Origin: Malacoraja senta
Taxonomy: Eukaryota
Reading direction: 5' to 3'
DNA: 64,000 bases
NCBI GenBank assembly: GCA_038087875.1
Contig: CM075988.1
Coordinates: 26,848,001 to 26,912,000 of the forward strand
Part shown: positions 60,101 to 64,000 of the stretch, in pieces
Position numbering within the stretch: position 1 is the stretch's first letter
Layout: each line of letters opens with the position of its first letter
The notes under the pieces: generated by a model
What the model saw: the letters and a program-made list of their open reading frames with translations, nothing else
What the model was told of the DNA's origin: nothing
Database searches by the model: none
Program-made: the position numbers and the translations under genes

Positions 60101-63100
60101 AAGTTCCCAGCCACTAAAATTAAAAACATAAAAGTTAAATAAATAACTATAAGTTTTATTGACACCAGTGCAATGATGCTGTATTAAACAGTATATTTAC
60201 TGCCTTCAGTGTTTTTAGCATGCAGTAACAAAAATAAACTTATGGCCATTAAATGTTATTAAAGAGATCTTTAATTCTGTTCTACTTATGGGAAATTGAC
60301 CAGGTACAGATTGCAGATAGTGGACAGTGTGAATTAGATGATTGCACACATCAACATTGACGTGTAACTGATGTGCAACTTAGACAGCAAACATTCATCA
60401 CTTACAAAATGACACTGACTTACTAAGTTGCCACAGAAGGCTGTGGAGGCCAAGTCAACAGATATATTTAAGGCAGAGATAGATAGATTCTTAATTAGTA
60501 TGGGTGTCAGAGGTTATGGGGAGAAGGCAAGAGAATGGGGTTGGAGGGAGAGATAGATCAGCCATGATTGAATGGCGGAGTAGTTTTGATGGGCCGAATG
60601 GGCTAATTCTGCTCCTATCACTTATGACCTTATGACTAAGTAGTTTCTGAGAAAATCAAATGAACAAAGATTTAGAATTTCCTGACAACAATCAGCATTC
60701 TTATTTTTTCCTTTCCGCTAGAATGGAACAATAATTTCAGAGATTGCAAGTTATGAATTGCAGACGTTGAGTCTGTTGCCGGGGACTGAAACCGATGGTG
60801 AGTATGTACGTGTTCCCCAGAGTAAGACTGGACCATATTCAGTGGTGTTTTGAAGCATTAGAGATACAGGTCCGCCCTGGGTTTCAAACACCTGATTTGT
60901 TTTTTATCTCCAGGGGCTGTGCATGCCGAGTTGTTCAATCATTTAAGGCTGAGGTTAATGTATTTTAAGGTGCTAACAAAGTTATTGAGATCAGATTGGA
61001 AAGTGGATGAGATAGTAATTAGTTATGATATTACTGAGTGGTGGAGCCTGCAGCAGACGTTCATGGTCAACTCCTCCGTCAGGCACTCTCACTCCATTCA
61101 TTTCTTCTCTGTATTATAAATCATTGTGGGCCAATCCACTCTGCAATAGCTGCAATAATAATTGGAATCATATCTTCATGAACCTATCAAAAAGCAAAAG
61201 GATTCTGCAGATTCTGGAAATCTGAGAAAAAAAACAGAAATGGTTCAGCAGGTCAGGCAGCATCTGGAGAGAGAAGCAGAGATAAATGTTGCAACTAATC
61301 CCTGCAACTAATTACCACTGTGTATTTCATGGGTTTATCATTGGTTACAGTAAAGCTGAGTTGAGTTCTGCTTGACAGATTATCACAAGAACCTGTGTGC
61401 TGGAACCTTCAGCAAAACACAAACTGTTGGAGGAACTCAGTGGGTCTGGGGAAGAAATGGACATTTTGGGTCGGGAACCTTCTCAAGCGGGTCCCAACCC
61501 AAAACATTGCCTGCCCATATTCTACATCGATGTTGCCTCACCTGAGTTCCTCCAACACTCCTTCTGATTTAAAATATCGAGTTTTAGTTTCTTATTCACA
61601 ATCTTGTTAACAGCAAGAACTGTGGGAAATGATGGAAAATGAAATAAAAATACAAAATGCTGTAAATACTCAGCCAGCCAAGCTGCTTCTCTAAAGGGAC
61701 CTACGCATGTTCTCCAGAGATGCTGCCTGACCTACTGAGTTACTCTGCACTTTGTGTCATGCCTTGCCAGTAAGACTTGGTCTTGGTTTTCTGTGTTTTG
61801 CTTGTCATCTCTGATACTCTGGCGAGATTTGATACAAAATGGTTCGTGGATTAATGTTCGAAAAATCAGGTCAGTCACTGTTCTCTCATGAAGGGTCATT
61901 GACCAGAAATGTTGATTCTATTTCCCTCCACAGATGCTGTCTGACCTGCTAACTATCCTCAGCAGTTGACATCTTTGTACAGAATCATATTGAATGACAG
62001 AGTGGTATTGCACCGTCCTATCCCTGTTTCTGCTCATGGCTTTCTCTACTTATTGCAGGTGAAATCTCCATTGATTCTAGAAGGGAACTGTTGCACTCTC
62101 TACTAGAAAGTGACCTCAGTCATTTGAAGAGAATATTCAGAAAAGAGCATGTTGGCTGGAACTTTGTGGAAGACTACACTTTGATGCACTTGTCCGTTCT
62201 GACTGGAGATGTGGAGTTTGTTCAGCTGGTTCTGGAGTCTGGGGGATGTGTAAATGATCAGACATCCCGAGGGGCCACACCTCTGATACTGGCTGTGCAG
62301 TACAGGTTTGTGCAACTGTGTAACTTACTGATCCAAGAGGGAGCCATTGTCAATCTAGTGGATGAAGACAAATGGGCACCTCTGCATTTTGCATCTCAGA
62401 ATGGGGATGACCACATTGCCCGGCTGCTCTTGGACAAGGATGCCCAGGTCAATGTGAAGGAGGCCGATGGATGGACACCACTCCACCTGGCCTCCCAGAA
62501 CAGCCATGAGAACGTGATGCGAGTGCTCTTCACTCGAGGTGCAGACACCAGCTCACTGGACCATGAACATTGCACATGCCTCCACCTTGCTGCATATTAT
62601 GGTTACTACAGCATCACCAAGCTACTGATTGCTCAAGGAGCCAATTTAAATCAAGCACAGAATGGCCTGAAGACACCACTCCATCTAGCAGCTGCAAGGG
62701 GTTTCTTCAGAGTGGCGAGGTTACTGGTGAACAGTGGAGCTGATATCAATAGTCTAGATTACTCTCATTACACCCCTCTGCATTTGGCAGCATTGAATGG
62801 CCACACTGGCATCTGCCGGCATCTCTTGAAGCATGGGGCTGATGTCCAGCAAAAGTCCTTGCAGAATTGGACCCCCTTGCACCTTGCTGCTCTGAAGGGT
62901 TACACATCAACTGTGCATCTTCTGATTGAACATTTTTCTGATCTTAATGTTGGTGGGGACCTTGAATGGACTTCACTGCACCTGGCAACGTGCTACAGCC
63001 AAGAGGATGTTGTCTCCGAGCTCCTTGAGAGAGGTGCCAATCCCAATGCCACTGAAGTTTCAGGATGGACACCGCTGCACCTGGCTGCCCACGGGGGAAG

Positions 63101-63353
63101 ATTCCGCTGCCTTGTCAAACTGCTTGACCACCAAGCCAATGTGAATGCTGTCAGTCACACCGGATGGACATCGCTGCATCTGGCAGCCATGAGTGGGGGT
63201 GTGAACATCGTAAGGATGTTGATCATGCAGGGAGCTGACCTGAAGGCCCGAGACCAGTATTTCAACACTGCCCTGCAGTTGGCTACCAAGCACCGGAACC
63301 ACAACGTGGCCAGCTTACTCTCAGCTGAAGAAACAGCAAAGCATGATTCATGA
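47501..63353 (+). CDS. ANKK1: ANKK1 (ankyrin repeat and kinase domain containing 1; RIPK family), complete 8-exon CDS, 2331 nt / 776 aa
   Basis: RIPK-type kinase exons plus a large terminal ankyrin exon. ANKK1-like motifs DEDKWAPLHFASQNGDD and DFGLSKW. Lies directly downstream of TTC12, as in other vertebrates, and all exon phases are consistent. Confidence 0.93.
48336..49417 (+). mobile_element. L1-clade LINE 3' fragment with 10-bp TSD, inserted in an older CR1 tail
   Basis: ORF 48465..49067 (QFKILHRLYYS..CDKC..THSF..C, ORF2 C-terminal Cys-rich region), T-rich 3'UTR, A-rich tail; TGAAAAGTGG at 48326-48335 and 49418-49427. Confidence 0.88.
49494..51091 (-). mobile_element. Tc1/mariner DNA transposon, Passport-like, full length (about 1.6 kb), disrupted DD34E transposase
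   Basis: About 210-bp IR/DR-type TIRs (CAGTGGCTTGCAAA..; inner repeat GCAAAAGTATTCA); TA flanks. Transposase runs from 50712 to about 49710 with GRPPK, WSDETK, QQDNDPKH and LNPIE; it has frameshifts near 49925 and 49765 and a 5-codon deletion. Confidence 0.95.
51092..51142. repeat. (TA)n microsatellite flanking the Tc1 insertion (also 49480-49493)
   Basis: Direct reading of the sequence. Confidence 0.95.
51318..51609 (+). CDS. ANKK1: ANKK1 exon 2 (DMKYLMEVAGK...[30 protein letters not shown])
   Basis: acag acceptor; kinase subdomains III-VIb; weak donor AAG|GTTGCT at the conserved HVK position. Confidence 0.93.
53394..53536 (+). CDS. ANKK1: ANKK1 exon 3 (IADFGLSKWEDS...RGTIIYMPPELSNKPSGVKHDVY)
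   Basis: ACTAAC branch point, atag/GTCAGA; DFG, PPE and DVYS motifs. Confidence 0.94.
55153..55358. repeat. Fold-back pair of Penelope-like terminal repeats in ANKK1 intron 3
   Basis: Inverted arms around the core CTGAAGAAAGGTCCCGACCTGAAAC at 55275-55299. Confidence 0.8.
56647..56696 (+). CDS. ANKK1: ANKK1 exon 4 (FSIVTWEVMTQQKPYA), 50 nt
   Basis: ccag/GTAAGA; subdomain IX. Confidence 0.94.
57436..57730 (-). mobile_element. V-SINE (HE1-like) copy
   Basis: Same family as 5362-5670, with (AAACT)n tail. Confidence 0.8.
58089..58244 (+). CDS. ANKK1: ANKK1 exon 5 (TDVLAVFVKVVAGERP...LMQRCWNQEPKRRPAFS), 156 nt, GC donor
   Basis: tcag acceptor; subdomains X-XI; the only nearby in-frame donor is CCG|GCAAGC. 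Confidence 0.88.
58720..58835 (+). CDS. ANKK1: ANKK1 exon 6 (IVVETEMLCSLLQFPD...SSLH), 116 nt
   Basis: ctag acceptor; resembles recalled human DITIETDILLSLLQ; donor CAC|GTACGC (3' boundary less certain). Confidence 0.78.
60425..60636 (+). mobile_element. CR1 3' tail fragment
   Basis: ttgccacagaaggctgtggaggcc...cagccatgattgaatggcggag...cttatgaccttatgac. Confidence 0.8.
60722..60797 (+). CDS. ANKK1: ANKK1 exon 7 (NGTIISEIASYELQTLSLLPGTETD), 76-nt linker
   Basis: Strong pyrimidine tract, ctag/GTGAGT; phase 0 to phase 1 as required. Confidence 0.75.
62059..63353 (+). CDS. ANKK1: ANKK1 exon 8, about 12 ankyrin repeats, stop TGA
   Basis: gcag acceptor in frame with ORF 62091..63353; repeated TPLHLA motifs at 33-aa spacing. 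Confidence 0.96.
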
Positions 63354-63664
63354 CTTACCTTGTCATGGGCTGTTCACAAACTCAAAACACTTGATGTTGG
63401 GGATTTAAAATCTGCTAAGGGATAGACCTTCCATATCTGAATCTCTGCTTGAATTGAGACCAGTGTTGAATGTAAACTTCCTCAGAATGACAGGGTGCCC
63501 AGAGGAAGAACAATGGAGGACCCGGCATTGGGGGGGGGGGGGGGGGGGGGGGGTTGGTGTTGGGGGCAATACAGGATCACATTTAAAATTCTTTAAAAAA
63601 TATATAAAATCTAACATTTTCCATTTTATCACAGTGTTTTACTAAATTATTTTATATGCTTGAT

Positions 63665-63878
63665 AAACACAAGGTACTGGAGTAACTCAGCAGAGTGCAT
63701 CACTGGAGAACATGGTTAGGAGATGTTTTGGATCGGGACTCTTCAGACTTCAGTTTGAATAAAGATCCCGGCCCAAAATTTCACCCATCCATGTTCTCCA
63801 GAGATGCTGACTGACCTGCCGAGTTACTCCAGCATTTTGTGTCTATCTTCGGTGTAAACCAGCATCTGTAGTTCCTTG
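63665..63878. repeat. Diverged fold-back pair of Penelope-like terminal repeats downstream of the ANKK1 stop
   Basis: ctggagtaactc..ctggagaacatgg versus ccatgttctccag..gagttactccag. Confidence 0.7.
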
Positions 63879-64000
63879 TTATTCCATCTTCTGTGTGCTT
63901 AGTTGATGCAGTAATTAGCCCCAAAACATTGAGCAATGTGAAATTTGTCATAGAGTGATACAGCGTGGATACAGGCCTTTCAGCCCATGCTCCCACCAGC

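Noticed and set aside
62091..63353. Stand-alone 420-aa ankyrin gene
   Set aside because: The TTG start is internal; the frame continues from the acceptor at 62059 and is the ANKK1 last exon
47501..63353. RIPK4 identity
   Set aside because: About 12 ankyrin repeats, a short linker and the position next to TTC12 favour ANKK1

Overview
Vertebrate genomic DNA, most likely from a cartilaginous fish (skate/ray-like). That assignment is inferred from the repeat content (HE1/V-SINEs, CR1 tails, Deu-SINE remnants). Two + strand multi-exon genes could be rebuilt by hand with consistent reading frames. TTC12 has 20 coding exons in the window (1106-31933), and its first coding exon is not found here. 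ANKK1 is complete (8 coding exons, 47501-63353, 776 aa; RIPK-type kinase domain plus about 12 ankyrin repeats). Together they are the middle of the NCAM1-TTC12-ANKK1-DRD2 block. The ANKK1 kinase looks degenerate: the catalytic Asp is Glu (HLELKARN), the alphaC Glu is Val, and one intron uses a GC donor. Introns and intergenic DNA hold CR1, L2, L1, Rex1 (one young copy with an uninterrupted frame) and a Passport-like Tc1. The main non-gene signal is a very abundant short repeat that is the 3' terminus of a Penelope-like (GIY-YIG) retroelement carrying a minimal hammerhead ribozyme motif (CTGANGA-stem II-GAAAC-GTH). It occurs as roughly 90-290 bp units flanked by target-site duplications and as fold-back palindromes, including one copy in the TTC12 3'UTR. 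All homology comparisons are from recall; no searches were run.
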